Below the pieces are notes generated by a model. The model searched no databases. It saw only the letters and a list, made by a program, of their open reading frames with translations, and was not told where the DNA came from. Below, piece after piece: positions 50,501 to 63,088 of a DNA stretch of 64,000 bases (position 1 is the stretch's first letter; every line of letters begins with the position of its first letter). The position numbers and the translations under genes were made by a program. The DNA comes from Azolla caroliniana (Eukaryota > Plantae > Polypodiophyta). The stretch lies in contig JBHGNT010000016.1 of the NCBI GenBank assembly GCA_043228905.1, forward strand, positions 17,050,001 through 17,114,000. The letters run 5' to 3'.

Positions 50501-52653
50501 GAGCACAGTGGTCGTGGCATATCTAGTTGCGGTTGCGATGACGTCGATTTCGAACAGCGGAATGATCCGTGGGTGCTCATCTAGGTATGCCTCTAATTCT
50601 GCATCCTCCACCCCAGCCAGCATATTTATATCTTCTGCGTATAATGGTGTTATACCCTTGGGTTGTGGCGTTCTTCCTTCTGTAGGTACACGAACCTTGG
50701 TGCGTCCGTGTCGAAAACTGATACACTTGTGTTGCCAGCTCTGCTTGATATTTGCTGCCGAAGCCATGGTCTGCCCAGAAGCACTGGGTACACCCCTGGG
50801 GCATCCAAAGCGAGGACGATCGCCGAGATGTCGAAGCGGTGTCCGCCCACGATAATGCCTATTTTGTGAATTAACCCCAATGGTCATACTGAGCGGGTAT
50901 CTGCCATTCGGAGCCAGAATGGGCAAGCCTCCCATTCTGAAATGCCTAACTTCTCGCAAGTTTTGGCGCTAATTACATTGACGCCTGAGCCGTCGTCGAT
51001 TACGCATCTAGGAATTTCCTGTCTGTGTAATATTAATGCAATAGCCGGGTTGTGTTGATCCACTACTTGCAGTCCATTGCTAACGTCTGTAAGGTTTGTA
51101 GCAATACTCACCCCGGGTATTCCTGTCACCCGTTCTTCCATGGTCTGGCGGAAGCGTGCGACTAGCTGCAGCAGTTTCTCCATGGTTAACGTTATCTCAC
51201 AGCCCACTAACGCCTGCCAAATGGGGTCTGGGACCGGTCTTTCATCCTCTGCTCGCTCCATTGTGTTCTCGGACTCCTTCCGCATGCGTTCCGTATTTGT
51301 CGTGTTTGCTTTTTCCACGCACGCTTGGGCTTGTCGGCGTATCTCGTCTTGCGCAGCCCAATCAACCGTTTTTGTTTGCTGGCGTGTCGTGACTTGCTGC
51401 ACTTCTGCCATAATCGTATTCACAGTGGGCCCCTTTCCCTTGCGTGCTGGGCATTGCGTGGCATAATGTCTGGGTTGCTGACAAATAAAACAATGGATGC
51501 TTGATTCCCCCTTCTCGGCTCCTGGTGGTGTGTGCCGCTCCCCTGGTGCTACTTGCTCCTCGCGGTCCGGCCTCGTTTGTCGGAACGTACGCAGTGGTTG
51601 TTGTTGGTCCCGTCGTTGTTCCTGGTGTTGCTCATCTCCCGAGCTTTCGTCGTAACGCCGGTGATCTCGATATTGTCGTGGCTTACTACGATAACCATTG
51701 AAGCCGCCCCGTTTGTTTGTCGGCCGGTGATTCTCGTAGCGTCGACCCCCTTTAGCATAACTCGGATGTCTACGATAATCCTCATCCTTTGGTTTGTCCT
51801 CCTCGGAATCCTTGTGATTTCGGCGATTCTGATGGTGCCGGTCATCCCTTGGGTTGCGATCCCTATATTGTGGTCGGTCTTCTTGCCTCCTTTGTTCAGT
51901 CCAGTGTGGTGGACGTTGGCTGTCCATGCTGCGGACTGCGGGAGTGGCTCTGTTCAACATATTGTATTTGCATTGGTCGACTGTGTGAGCCTTTGAGTGG
52001 CAGATTGGGTAGTGGATTCGAATATTGCACTCCACTGCGGAATGCCCCAAGTTCAAGCAAATCGTGCACTGGATTGCTTCACGAAACTAGCGTTCCTCAT
52101 CCTGGGGTAACGCTTGTCGTAAGGAGGACATAGAAAACCTTTCCTCCTCCTCGTCCAACTTGAGTTGTAACGCTCGTTCAATGACCATATCTGCCATTTC
52201 CCCTTTCATGCTATTGTTGTTGAGCGTTGCCCGGATGGGTCGGCGTAATGCTGCTAGAAATGTTTCTCGAGCCTCGTCCTCCGCAAGGCTCCGTTCTAGT
52301 TTTTGTCGTAAATTTTGGAAACGTAAGCTGAAGTCTGCTATCGTCTCGGTCGGCAGTTGCTTAATCATATAGAATTGTCCGAGGATTTCGCGTTGTGGAA
52401 CCCTCCGATGGAAGAACTGCAAGAAAGCGGACTGTAGCTAATCGAACGTTGTTATTGCTGGTAAATCCATTTGTGAATGCCAAAACGCCGCTCGCCCATC
52501 CAATGTTAACCCGAACTCCGTCATTTTCGATTGGTTTGCTACCGCCTCCGAAAGGCTTTGCGCCATGTGGTTCGCATTCCAGACATTCAGGAATATGCGA
52601 ATATGAGTTGCGGCGTCGGTTTCGCCATTAAAGCGGGGGTAGGCAAAGGCCAT
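47590..52653 (-). pseudogene. Gag-Pol of the gypsy element (broken by stops and frameshifts)
   Basis: CFICQQPRHYATQC, VIDDGSGVNV, FLDDF, VDASD..NYSTTERE, HCGTTSGH, WGLDF, ISDQGSHF, YPQANGLAE. No chromodomain. Confidence 0.92.
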
Positions 52654-53834
52654 GGTGCGGGCTACGGCGGGTCAGGAAAGACCACAGGGTGGTTGTGGTG
52701 AGCGTAGTCCCTGCGTCTCGTCAAGGTATTTGGAGAGCGAAGAATCACCTTTGTACTCACAGCAGGTAGTACTGAGGTTGTTGAGGCGAGGCTTTTGCCG
52801 TGCGCGTTCTTCTGCTTGGCGTGTGACGTACCTTGTTATTGGGCGGTCTTGTCGTGTTGGTTCTCTGGGGCGTCTGCGGCTAAACATCTATTCGTCGTTG
52901 CTCGTCTATGAGAAGACACAGATCACCAAGCGTGCCAAAAGTGTTGCCGATTAGGAACACGGTCCGCAGTCAGTCCTTCGACCTAGACCTCCAAGTGGGT
53001 GTGGAACAACGAATAGGCGTCTAAGTGTAATGCGTAGGGGAATGTTCCCTGTAACCTATCAGCATATAAGGGAGACGGCTACAACCGAATCCTTAGCAAG
53101 GGTTACACTTACGTTCTTACACGCTTAGGTATTCAAGACACACATAGTGGATTAGCCGTAGCTATACACAAAAAATCAAAGAAGATAGAATTCTATTATG
53201 AGATGTTTCTTTACATTCCCAAAATTACACGCTCTCCCTATCAGAGGTTTTCTACCCTTTATATACGCAGGGTCTATCTAGCCGTTCACGCTTCCTGCGT
53301 GAACCGTTACATGCGTTATGATCTTATATTATTTCTTATTCCTACTCTCTTGTCCGTTGGTTACTATTCCGGCGGACAACACCGTGGTTTTTCCCTATTT
53401 GGGTTTTCCACGTAAACATCTTGTGTACTCTCTATTTGTTTGTGTGTGTACGTGTGTTCACTCTCTACTTCCCATTTCTGTGATTCAAGACTCGGTTGTG
53501 GCCGAGCAATATTCCGCACTATTGTCTACAAAATCCGCATCCAATTCATGACTAATGAGGTCATGCACAACACATCCAACCACAACATAAAACTCATGAC
53601 GTGCTCTAGTCACCTCATTTGTCATTAACAATTGTGGGTCAATCAACTCCTTAAAGTAATGAACACATATGTCAATTATTGTAGTAGGATCCACTATCCA
53701 TTCATCCCCTTGCTTCACATGCACCACATTAGATCGAATATAAGTAGGATGTAACGCTTGGAAAAACAAATGAGATTGACATTGATTATCTATGAGCCCA
53801 TCCCTCAATTGTCGCATCTTCGCATAACGATAAC

Positions 53835-56800
53835 TGTAAGGAATAGACCCTTCTATTCACCTTCACCACTCGGCCACAACCGAGAAATCGCAAATCAATG
53901 CAGCAGAAAAATAGGAAATACAGAGAAAGACACGATACACAGGGATTAACGTGGAAAACCCTATACAGGAAAAACCACGAGAGTGCGAGACTCCAAACCA
54001 AACTATGCACAGAGAAATATACAATGGCGAGCTGCAAGGCAACGACCTTGAGCTCGCTTTCTTCGCCACAGGCGGCGGTATTACACAGAGGCGTCGACCT
54101 CTTCCTCTCTCACGCTCTATCTCTCTCACGGCTGCTCACTCTTCTCATAAACATGAGCAACAACCTATAAACTGTTTGCCCTAAGTCATATTTATACACA
54201 TATGACTTTCGGGCTATTTACAAATATAGCCTCAAGGGCTCTTGGCAAACATATTCACAAATATGTCCCCGCATCCGGATCTCTCTCCGGCTACATTCGT
54301 CATCCGGCTCCGTAACCGGGGTCTTCATCATCCGGATCCGTAACCGGGGTCTTCATCATCCGGATCCGTATCCGGGTACTCTTCATCCGGCTTCATGCCG
54401 GGTACTCTTCATCATCCGGTTCCGTAACCGCAACCGGGCTTGCCGTCATTCATCTCCGGACATCCCATCCGGAGGGACCGAAATCCCAACAAACTCCCCC
54501 TTCACTTCGGCATGGGATGTCTTTCCAGTCCGACCCTCTTTCGGCATGCTTCCAGCTTGTCGGGTGTGAGCACTTTGGTCAGCATATCTGACCCGTTCTC
54601 GTCCGTGTGGATCTTCGTCAGCACGAACTCCTGGTCTTCTATCCTTTCCCGGATCCAGTGATATCTTCGCTGGATGTGCTTTGTCCGGGAGTGATAGGCC
54701 GCGTTCTTCGCAAGGTGGATGGCACTCTGACTGTCGCAGTAGAGTCGGTACTCCTTTTGCCGGATACCGAGCTCTCTAATGAAGTCCTTCATCCATATTA
54801 TTTCCTTGCCGGCTTCAACAGCCGCCATGTACTCCGCCTCCGTGGTTGACAACGCAACCGTCTTCTGCAGCCTCGACTGCCACGAGACAGCTCCCCCTGC
54901 ATACGTCATCACATACCCTGATGTGGACCGGCTGGTATCTGCATCAGCCGACATGTCCGAATCGGTAAATCCATCGAGTTCGGGCTTACCGGAGCCGAAT
55001 CGGAGGCACACGCTTGCCGTGCCCTTCAGGTATCGGAGTATCCACTTGACCGCGTTCCAGTGCTCCTTGCCGGGATTGCTCATGTACCGGCTCACCACTC
55101 CGACTGCATATCCAATGTCCGGTCTTGTACACACCATTGCGTACATCAAGCTTCCGACGGCAGAGGAATATGGTACTTTCATCATATCCTCCTTCTCAGC
55201 CTTTGTCTTGGGGCTTTGCTTGCTGGACAACTTGCAGTTTGCCGGGAGAGTTGACCCGACCGGTTTTGCTTCCGACATGTTGAACCGGTGAAGCACCTTT
55301 GTCACGTACTTCTCCTGTGACAGCCACAATTGCTTCTTCTTCCGGTCCCGGATGATGTGCATCCCTAGTATTTGCCTCGCCGGACCCAGGTCCTTCATTG
55401 AGAAGGTTCGGTGAAGAGCCTTCTTCAGCATCCGTATCTTGACCTGGTCCCGTCCGACGATCAACATGTCGTCCACGTATAAGAGGAGTATTAGAAAGTC
55501 TCCTCCTTCGAACTTCTTCACAAACACGCAGTGATCGGACTGCGTTTTGTGGTACCCTTCGTCGGTCATGAAGGAGTCGAACTTCCGGTACCATTGCCGG
55601 GGAGCCTGCTTCAGTCCGTAAAGGCTCTTCTTCAACCGGCATACCAGGTGTTCCTTCCCTTTCTTCTCGAATCCTTCCGGTTGCTGCATGTAGATTTCTT
55701 CTTCGAGGTCACCGTGAAGGAATGCCGTCTTCACGTCCATCTGTTCTACTTCGAGGTCCATGCTTGCCGCTATGCTCAGCACCGTCCGGATGGAGGTCAT
55801 CTTCACTACCGGGGCAAATATCTCGTCGAAGTCGACGCCCTTCTTCTGCTGGAACCCCTTCACTACAATCCTGGCTTTGTATCTCGGGGGGCTTCCGGCA
55901 TCTCCCGGTTTCAGCTTGAACACCCACTTGTTTCGAAGTGCCCGCTTACCTTTCGGCAACTCCACAAGTTCATATGTGTGGTTCTCATGCAGGGAATCCA
56001 TCTCCTCCTGCATGGCACTTAACCACCTGCGGCTCTGGGTGTCATGCTTTGCTTCTTCAAAGCTCTCCGGCTCCCCCTCGTCAGTTAGCAGCACGTGCTC
56101 TGGTTCCGGAAATCTCCGGGGGGCCCTTCTCTCTCTTAGAGGGTATCTCCGTTCCGGAGCTTCGGTAACCGGCTGCTCCGTTTCCTCTTCATCCGAATCC
56201 ATTTCGGGATCGGGGCCGGTTCCGGTATCAGTTTCATCTTCCTCGGCCGGTTCTGTTTCTTCACCGTCTTCGGCCGGATCCTCGAGTGCTAACCGGTCCC
56301 TTGCCGGTCGGGACTGCTCCTCGTAGAGTTTATCCTCACCGGTCGACTTGGAGCTCTTCATCTTCTTCTCCGACTCCCAGTCGGCGAGTGTCCTGTTCTC
56401 CATGAAGATGATATCACGACTCCGGAATATCTTCTTGTCGACCGGGTCCCATACTCGGTAGCCGAACTCGTCATCGCCGTAACCGAGGAATATGCATGGC
56501 CGGGTCTTTGGATCTAGCTTTCCTCTCCGGTCCTTTGCCACATGCACGTATGCGAGACACCCGAACACCCTCAGATGCCGGTAGGACACTTCCTTACCGG
56601 TCCACACTTTCTGCGGCGTGTCTCCGTCCAAAGGTACTGAGGGTGATCTGTTTATCACATATGTCGCCGTCGACATTGCCTCAGCCCAAAACCCCTTGGG
56701 TAATTTCGCATGCGCCAACATACTCCGGACCCTCTCCATTATGGTCCGGTTCATCCTCTCGGCCAGCCCGTTCAGTTCCGGCGTCTTCGGCACAGTAAAC

Positions 56801-59290
56801 TCGAGCCGGATTCCCTTCGAGCGACAGTACTCCTGGAACTGCCCCCGGTATTCCCCTCCGTTATCCGCTCGTATCGCCTTCAGCTTCTTGCCGGATTCCC
56901 TTTCCACTCTCGCGTGGAGTTCTTTGAAGACGCACAACACTTGGTCCTTTGTCTTCAACGGTGCCGTCCACAGCTTCCGGCTGTGATCATCAATGAATGT
57001 CACGAAGTACTGGGCTCCGCCATGTGACTTCGTTTCTACCTGACACACATCAGTATGCACCAACTCCAATGGTGCGCTACGTCTCGTCGGTGGCCTTGAG
57101 TGGAAGGAGGTCCGGTTTTGCTTACCGGCCAGACAGTCGGTGCACTTCTCCAGGTGCACATGCTTCACTGGAATAAGGTTGTCTTCTGCAAGCCTCTTCA
57201 TCCCCTTCTCACTCATGTGGCACAGTCTCTTGTGCCACAGCTCACCGGCAGTGTCGGCTGCCACGTTCAGCTCCTCCGGGCATAGCCGGGAATTCATCAG
57301 GTACAGTGTGTTGACCTTCCGGGCCCGAGCCACTATCAGGTTCCCTTTGCTGAACTTCATGATACCGTTCCGGATGCTACCCGTGTAGCCTTCATCGTCC
57401 AGCCTCCCGGCCGAAATCAGGTTCAATCGAACCTCCGGAACGTGTCGAACATCCTTCAGCAGCATCTTGCATCCGGTTGATGTCATCAGCCACACGTCTC
57501 CAATGCCGGCAATCCGGCATGTGCCTTCATTTCCCATCCGGACACAGCCGTGCTCACCGGCTGTGTAGGATGAGAAGTATTTCTTCTCCGGGGTCAGATG
57601 GAACGACGCTCCGGAATCGACCACCCAGGTCATCTCTTCATCGGCAAGGTTCAGCTCCCTTTCTTCGGTAATGAGCATTATCTCTTCTTCACTTGCCGCG
57701 AGTGCCGTCGTTCCTTTCCGGTCCTGCCCTCGCCGATCCGGACCTCTCCGGTCCGTGGCTCCCCGGTATGCACCGTTTCTCTCCGGTGACTTCTTCAAAT
57801 CGGTGTCGTCGGCTCCGTTGTCTTTTCGGTAATGCCGACAATTCTTCCGGAAGTGCCCCGGCTTCCCACAGTGGAAGCATGTGGGCCTTCCTCTTGACTG
57901 CGACCGGGTCCCCGACTTCTCCCGTCTTTGCGGACTCCGGTTCCATTGTCTTCCCCGATCCGATTCGGTAAGCAGCGCCTTCGAGTCGGAGGCCGGTTCT
58001 TTATCTCTCCGACGCGCTTCTTCGTTCAAAATACTTGTCTTTACCGTTTGTAAGGACAAGTTATCTTCGGTGCAGGAGGTGCTGAGAGTTACTACCAAGT
58101 TTTCCCAGCTTTCCGGCAATGTACACATCAGAATGATGGCTTGCATTGCATCCTCCAGCGGGAACTTGATCGCCGCAAGCTGGTTCACGAATCCCATGAA
58201 CGTGCTTACGTGTTCCACCATACTCTCGCCGTCCCGGTACTTGAGATTCACAATCTTCCTCATCAGGGAGGTCCGGTTCAGCGCATTCTTCCTCTCGTAG
58301 AGGCCCGACAGCTTCCGCCACATCTCATATGCGTTGGTGTCGTTCGCCACATGTTGTAGAACGCTCACGTCTACGTATTGCCGAATGGTTGCAACGGCTT
58401 TCCGGTTCAGAAGCCTCCATTCCGACTCAAGTACCCCTTTCGGTATTTCCGACCTGTCAATCGGTTCGTACAGGTCCCGAACAATCAGAAGATCCTCCAT
58501 CTTGATCTTCCAGTCGGCGTAATTCTGTGCAGTCAGCACCATCATCCCCGGCTGCCCGCTGCCGCCGCCTTCCATTTTCTGCAGCAGTTCGCTCTGATAC
58601 CAGTTTGTAAGGAATAGACCCTTCTATTCACCTTCACCACTCGGCCACAACCGAGAAATCGCAAATCAATGCAGCAGAAAAATAGGAAATACAGAGAAAG
58701 ACACGATACACAGGGATTAACGTGGAAAACCCTATACGGGAAAAACCACGGGAGTGCGAGACTCCAAACCAAACTATGCACAGAGAAATATACAATGGCG
58801 AGCTGCAAGGCAACGACCTTGAGCTCGCTTTCTTCGCCACAGGCGGCGGTATTACACAGAGGCGTCGACCTCTTCCTCTCTCACGCTCTATCTCTCTCAC
58901 GGCTGCTCACTCTTCTCATAAACATGAGCAACAACCTATAAACTGTTTGCCCTAAGTCATATTTATACACATATGACTTTCGGGCTATTTACAAATATAG
59001 CCTCAAGGGCTCTTGGCAAACATATTCACAAATATGTCCCCGCATCCGGATCTCTCTCCGGCTACATTCGTCATCCGGCTCCGTAACCGGGGTCTTCAGC
59101 ATCCGGCTCCGTAACCGGGGTCTTCATCATCCGGATCTGTAACCGGGGTCTTCATCATCCGGATCCGTATCCGGGTACTCTTCATCCGGCTTCATGCCGG
59201 GTACTCTTCATCATCCGGTTCCGTAACCGCAACCGGGCTTGCCGTCATTCATCTCCGGACATCCCATCCGGAGGGACCGAAATCCCAACA
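53835..59290 (-). mobile_element. Intact young Ty1/copia (Tork/Tnt1-like), TSD ATAAC
   Basis: LTRs 53835-54491 and 58606-59290 are nearly identical. PBS-Met 58591-58602, PPT 54492-54505. Confidence 0.97.
54502..58575 (-). CDS. Copia Gag-Pol polyprotein, 1357 aa, uninterrupted
   Basis: CFHCGKPGHFRKNC, WVVDSGAS, WHKRLCH..C..C, IDD/DNGGEY/NGLAER, YVDD, TDSD, ALSTTEAEY. Confidence 0.97.
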   Translation of the reverse strand: MEGGGSGQPGMMVLTAQNYADWKIKMEDLLIVRDLYEPIDRSEIPKGVLESEWRLLNRKAVATIRQYVDVSVLQHVANDTNAYEMWRKLSGLYERKNALNRTSLMRKIVNLKYRDGESMVEHVSTFMGFVNQLAAIKFPLEDAMQAIILMCTLPESWENLVVTLSTSCTEDNLSLQTVKTSILNEEARRRDKEPASDSKALLTESDRGRQWNRSPQRREKSGTRSQSRGRPTCFHCGKPGHFRKNCRHYRKDNGADDTDLKKSPERNGAYRGATDRRGPDRRGQDRKGTTALAASEEEIMLITEERELNLADEEMTWVVDSGASFHLTPEKKYFSSYTAGEHGCVRMGNEGTCRIAGIGDVWLMTSTGCKMLLKDVRHVPEVRLNLISAGRLDDEGYTGSIRNGIMKFSKGNLIVARARKVNTLYLMNSRLCPEELNVAADTAGELWHKRLCHMSEKGMKRLAEDNLIPVKHVHLEKCTDCLAGKQNRTSFHSRPPTRRSAPLELVHTDVCQVETKSHGGAQYFVTFIDDHSRKLWTAPLKTKDQVLCVFKELHARVERESGKKLKAIRADNGGEYRGQFQEYCRSKGIRLEFTVPKTPELNGLAERMNRTIMERVRSMLAHAKLPKGFWAEAMSTATYVINRSPSVPLDGDTPQKVWTGKEVSYRHLRVFGCLAYVHVAKDRRGKLDPKTRPCIFLGYGDDEFGYRVWDPVDKKIFRSRDIIFMENRTLADWESEKKMKSSKSTGEDKLYEEQSRPARDRLALEDPAEDGEETEPAEEDETDTGTGPDPEMDSDEEETEQPVTEAPERRYPLRERRAPRRFPEPEHVLLTDEGEPESFEEAKHDTQSRRWLSAMQEEMDSLHENHTYELVELPKGKRALRNKWVFKLKPGDAGSPPRYKARIVVKGFQQKKGVDFDEIFAPVVKMTSIRTVLSIAASMDLEVEQMDVKTAFLHGDLEEEIYMQQPEGFEKKGKEHLVCRLKKSLYGLKQAPRQWYRKFDSFMTDEGYHKTQSDHCVFVKKFEGGDFLILLLYVDDMLIVGRDQVKIRMLKKALHRTFSMKDLGPARQILGMHIIRDRKKKQLWLSQEKYVTKVLHRFNMSEAKPVGSTLPANCKLSSKQSPKTKAEKEDMMKVPYSSAVGSLMYAMVCTRPDIGYAVGVVSRYMSNPGKEHWNAVKWILRYLKGTASVCLRFGSGKPELDGFTDSDMSADADTSRSTSGYVMTYAGGAVSWQSRLQKTVALSTTEAEYMAAVEAGKEIIWMKDFIRELGIRQKEYRLYCDSQSAIHLAKNAAYHSRTKHIQRRYHWIRERIEDQEFVLTKIHTDENGSDMLTKVLTPDKLEACRKRVGLERHPMPK

Positions 59291-62160
59291 ATAACTTTGG
59301 CATTGCAATTGAGAAATAATAACATGCAATTGACCTTGGATATCCAAAAGTTCCTCATCTAATGGTGAATGTATCAATAATGCATTACACCTAGAGAGAA
59401 CTTGTGAGAATTGTAGAAGAAGACCTCTTCTTCGTTGAGCATTAGTTACTCCATACATACGATGAATGATCTTAATATTTCGTAATGTGATATCTCATGC
59501 TTTAACTCCTTTAAGATTCACTTCTTGTGAAAAATTTACCAAAATTTGCTCCATGAAAGAATCAAAGTGAGGTTGAAGCAAAAGAGAAGAGTTAAAGCGT
59601 AATGGAGGCTTTCCAAGTAAGGATTTATACATGTCAATTGCATGACTACAAAACTCCAAAAAAATAGGAAAGTGATCTAAAGTTCCTACATCTTGTAAAA
59701 CTGCCATACGAAGCGATGTCGGTAAAAAAGAATCATTGTGCATCACATACATTCTATCTAACCGACTCCATGTTTGTCTATGTTGAGCGGATTGGAAAGT
59801 AAAACCTGGATCATTCCCATGCAACCATGTCCAAACATCCAACTTCAGAACCAAGTTGCTCAGGATCATCCATGATTGAATGTTCAAACGTAGATTGAGA
59901 TGCATCAACACACATGTTAAAATCACCCATAAGTAATCCTGGGTGGCCCACACATAGGGTTTGACGGAGTGAGCCCTATAATGCAATACATTGAGTGGCT
60001 TGGTTAGGGGCATAAATCCCAACCACCCACACAACCTCGCCAAAAAAAGTGATTTCTAGAACCAAAACCCGACCATAAGGATCATTATACACCACTCGAG
60101 GATAATATTTATCTTGCACAATTAATACCACACCTGAATAATGATTATTAAGATGTCCTGCATAGAATGATGAATATCCACGCAAATGAACTGTGGATCC
60201 TGCTAACTCATGACACTTATGCGCAACTGCACATAATATATCTCATTCTTTACTTAACAAAGTATGCCATAATATATACTTCTTATGAGGAGAACATGCC
60301 CCTCTCACATTCCATGTTACCACTTTCATTCAATCAACAATGTTATGGGTTCACTTGCTCCTTTAGAGCAACCGATATCATGAAACTAGTCAAAGCATGT
60401 TCCAATGTTGTCAACCGATGTCATGAAACTAGTCAACTGATGCACCACAACCTTAGTGTTGTCTATCGAACTCTTTTGTTTAGGTTCTCCCGCGTGACGA
60501 AAACCTTGAGAATTCGATGAATTAACAACCCATCCCAATGAATCAAATTGAAGGTGAAGGCGTAATCCCTTACCCCAAAATTGTCTTTGCAAAGGACCTT
60601 GTTGAGGACCCTCCCTAGTTCCTAAATTACTTTTCCAAGTAGTCTCACGAGTAGTGGGCAAACTATTACGTTGCATATTCATTGATTTGCCCTTCGACTT
60701 GCCCTTAACCTGATGCCAATCCTTTTCAACAACAACATCATTACTAGTTCTATCCAACAGTATTTTCCCCTTATCTATAACCACCAAATTTTGTTTTTCC
60801 ATATCCATAGATTGAGTTCCCTTATTCTTAGGGCCCAAACCTTGAAGTGAAACCTCTTTATAGCCAGCTCTAGATGATGTTCCTTCATCCATAACAACCA
60901 CCATATCTAACACACCAACATCTCTCCCAATTCCTTCCTTACCATTCCCTTCATTAGGAATCGCTATAGTTGAAGGACAATGACGATGGCATTCTCCCAT
61001 AAAGTGACCCCATTCACCACATCCAAAACAGTGACCTACAAATGTCTCCCACTTATTTAAAACAAAGTCTTTTCATTCCAGGTGTGTTCATACGCACCCA
61101 TCCTGGCCTCTTACAGCTTGTATCCTATAACACAAAATCTGCACTTATTTGTAGCATTTGCATGCGGAGATACCAACACTTTACCCATTTGACTCACCAA
61201 CTCTCGTAAAAGTGGCCATAAAAAAGCATGCTTACAATCCACTGTTACCCAAACAAGGCATTCTTGTTTCAACAAAGCATGATAGTCTACAATAGGGGAC
61301 CATTGCATTACATACACCAATTGTTTATAAAAAAACAACGGAACTTTAGCCAACAATGCACTTCAATGTTCCGGTGAACGAAACACTACATCATAAAACC
61401 CTCATGGTCCTGCATATATATTTTCAACACAATTTGGTGACACGATTGTGTTCAACCATTATTTAATCCAATTAATGTATGGGAGTTTCCCAGTAAAAAA
61501 CAATATAACCGCACGATCATAGAATACATCAAAAGATTGCAACGCTGCCTTGGCATCAACATCCACATCATGCACATCCTCATCATTGCATTCTTTCACT
61601 ACATTTTCATTTTCTTCCACAATATCAGACAATAAGGTATTGGCAATTCCCCATAAAGTATCCCAATTACAATGATCCTTGTCAACCTCATCTACATATA
61701 TTACTTCGGCATATGTTGCTTTTTTCTCATTAATTTCCTCAATGCCCTTAAACCTCTTAGAGATTCTAATGCCTTCCCTTTCACAATTACATTCAACCAT
61801 CACATTACTCTTTATTGGATCAATTGTTTCCATATCGATGTCCCCCACAATTTGAGAGGAATTCATGTTTATATCCATTATTCTTGATGTGATAGTGATC
61901 CAGGATAAAAACAATTGTCCATGAACAAGAAAGACAACCGGAACCTACCCGATTGAAGAGGTCAAAGATGATGAATACAATAGAAGACCCGCAATGTGTG
62001 TTGAGTATGTGGATGTCAACAACACACGACCTTATTTTAATCGTTGCTTCTCGCACAGACCATAGGGCTTTCCAAAGCATATCTTTATACTCAATTCCAT
62101 TACCAATAGAGAGCGCAACAATAAAAACAATTTCGCTTCTTCTTCCCCTCTCCACTCTTG

Positions 62161-62200
<40 letters not shown>

Positions 62201-62224
62201 CTAAAACAAGTTTTCATTATGCTC

Positions 62225-63043
62225 TAGATAGATAGATTATCTTATCGACTTTGGAGGTCAAATATGACGTATGAGACCAAAAATATTACTTTTCACATAA
62301 TATATGTTAAAGTGACTAGCGTCTATTGATGTTCAAGAACTTTACCAATGAATGTTGCAATTGAGAGTGCACATTGTGGTTGTGAGAGAAATTCATGCAA
62401 GGATTGGCTTGGTCGAAGATGTGTGGAAAGCATGGTTGAATATGATCAAAGGCAAAGCATTGTATCAAAGTGTGATACCCAGACTCTCAAACTTGTTTAG
62501 GGCAAAGTGTGCATAGACGACTACTCTCATCGCTTGTGCCCCAACCCCCCGTCTCACAATGCAATGCATGTGAGCTAAGTCGCATGGAGCAATGGTTCGA
62601 ATGTTAGATAATGAGATGGGCTCTAACATCTATCAATGTGTACGGTTTTCCCGTTCCGTGAAGAATATGGTTTTGTAGTTAGGTGCAACATGTGTAGTAT
62701 AATGCATGAAGCGTATGCCTCCACATTTGTCCCATGTCCTGATACATTGGCGATGCAAAAAGGACTCATTTACAGAGGAATATAGTGATGTATCATGAAG
62801 CAAGTGTGTTGTATCCCATCTACCAAACCATTTTATCATATCTTGCATCCAACTGGAACACAAAATTTTGCTTTAATGCGTCTTTTGGATCTTTTTGCTT
62901 GCATCCCATGCAATTCTAGGAAGTCAATGTGAGGGACTTTTTTGAACCTTAAACATGTATCTAACAACCCTTTCCATGGCCATGATCTCAATGGGAAGCA
63001 ATCCCGTCTCAAGGAGGGTGTAGGGCATTTGTTTCTTAACTTC

Positions 63044-63044
<1 letters not shown>
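62225..63044 (-). mobile_element. 5'-truncated copy of the RTE-X-like LINE family
   Basis: The reverse complement matches 9260-9715 plus 19638-19955 contiguously, including the (ATCT)n tail. It confirms the empty site of the 9716 insertion. Confidence 0.88.

Positions 63045-63085
<41 letters not shown>

Positions 63086-63088
<3 letters not shown>

Larger units (their letters stand above)
43949..53381 (-). mobile_element. Non-chromovirus Ty3/gypsy with extra 3' ORF; TSD CCGTG; tRNA-Arg-like PBS
   Basis: 440-bp LTRs at 43949-44388 and 52942-53381 (about 19 substitutions by eye). PBS TGGCACGCTTGGTG at ~52924-52937. Confidence 0.93.
39013..53530 (+). mobile_element. Degenerate Ty1/copia (Tork/Tnt1-like) with TSD AAATC; 3' LTR split by a gypsy insertion
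   Basis: 5' LTR 39013-39522, PBS-Met TGGTATCAGAGC, gag-PR-IN-RT-RH with many stops (39552-43543), and 3' LTR 43555-43948 plus 53387-53530. Confidence 0.95.
36415..62162 (-). mobile_element. Full-length degenerate L1-clade LINE (segments 59291-62162, 53531-53834, 36415-39012), bounded by (CT)n tracts
   Basis: ORF1 remnants with CFGCGEWGHFMGEC knuckle. ORF2 start MKVVTWNVRG at 60329, APE SRLDR..DH, RT KSPGWDG..WRPISL..RQGCPISP, and zf-RVT CFFC..EDSTH..C. The reading frame rejoins across both copia TSDs. Confidence 0.9.

Noticed and set aside
54290-54440. Regular 28-bp repeats that could suggest a CRISPR array
   Set aside because: They are head-to-tail with no unique spacers, inside a copia LTR in eukaryotic DNA.
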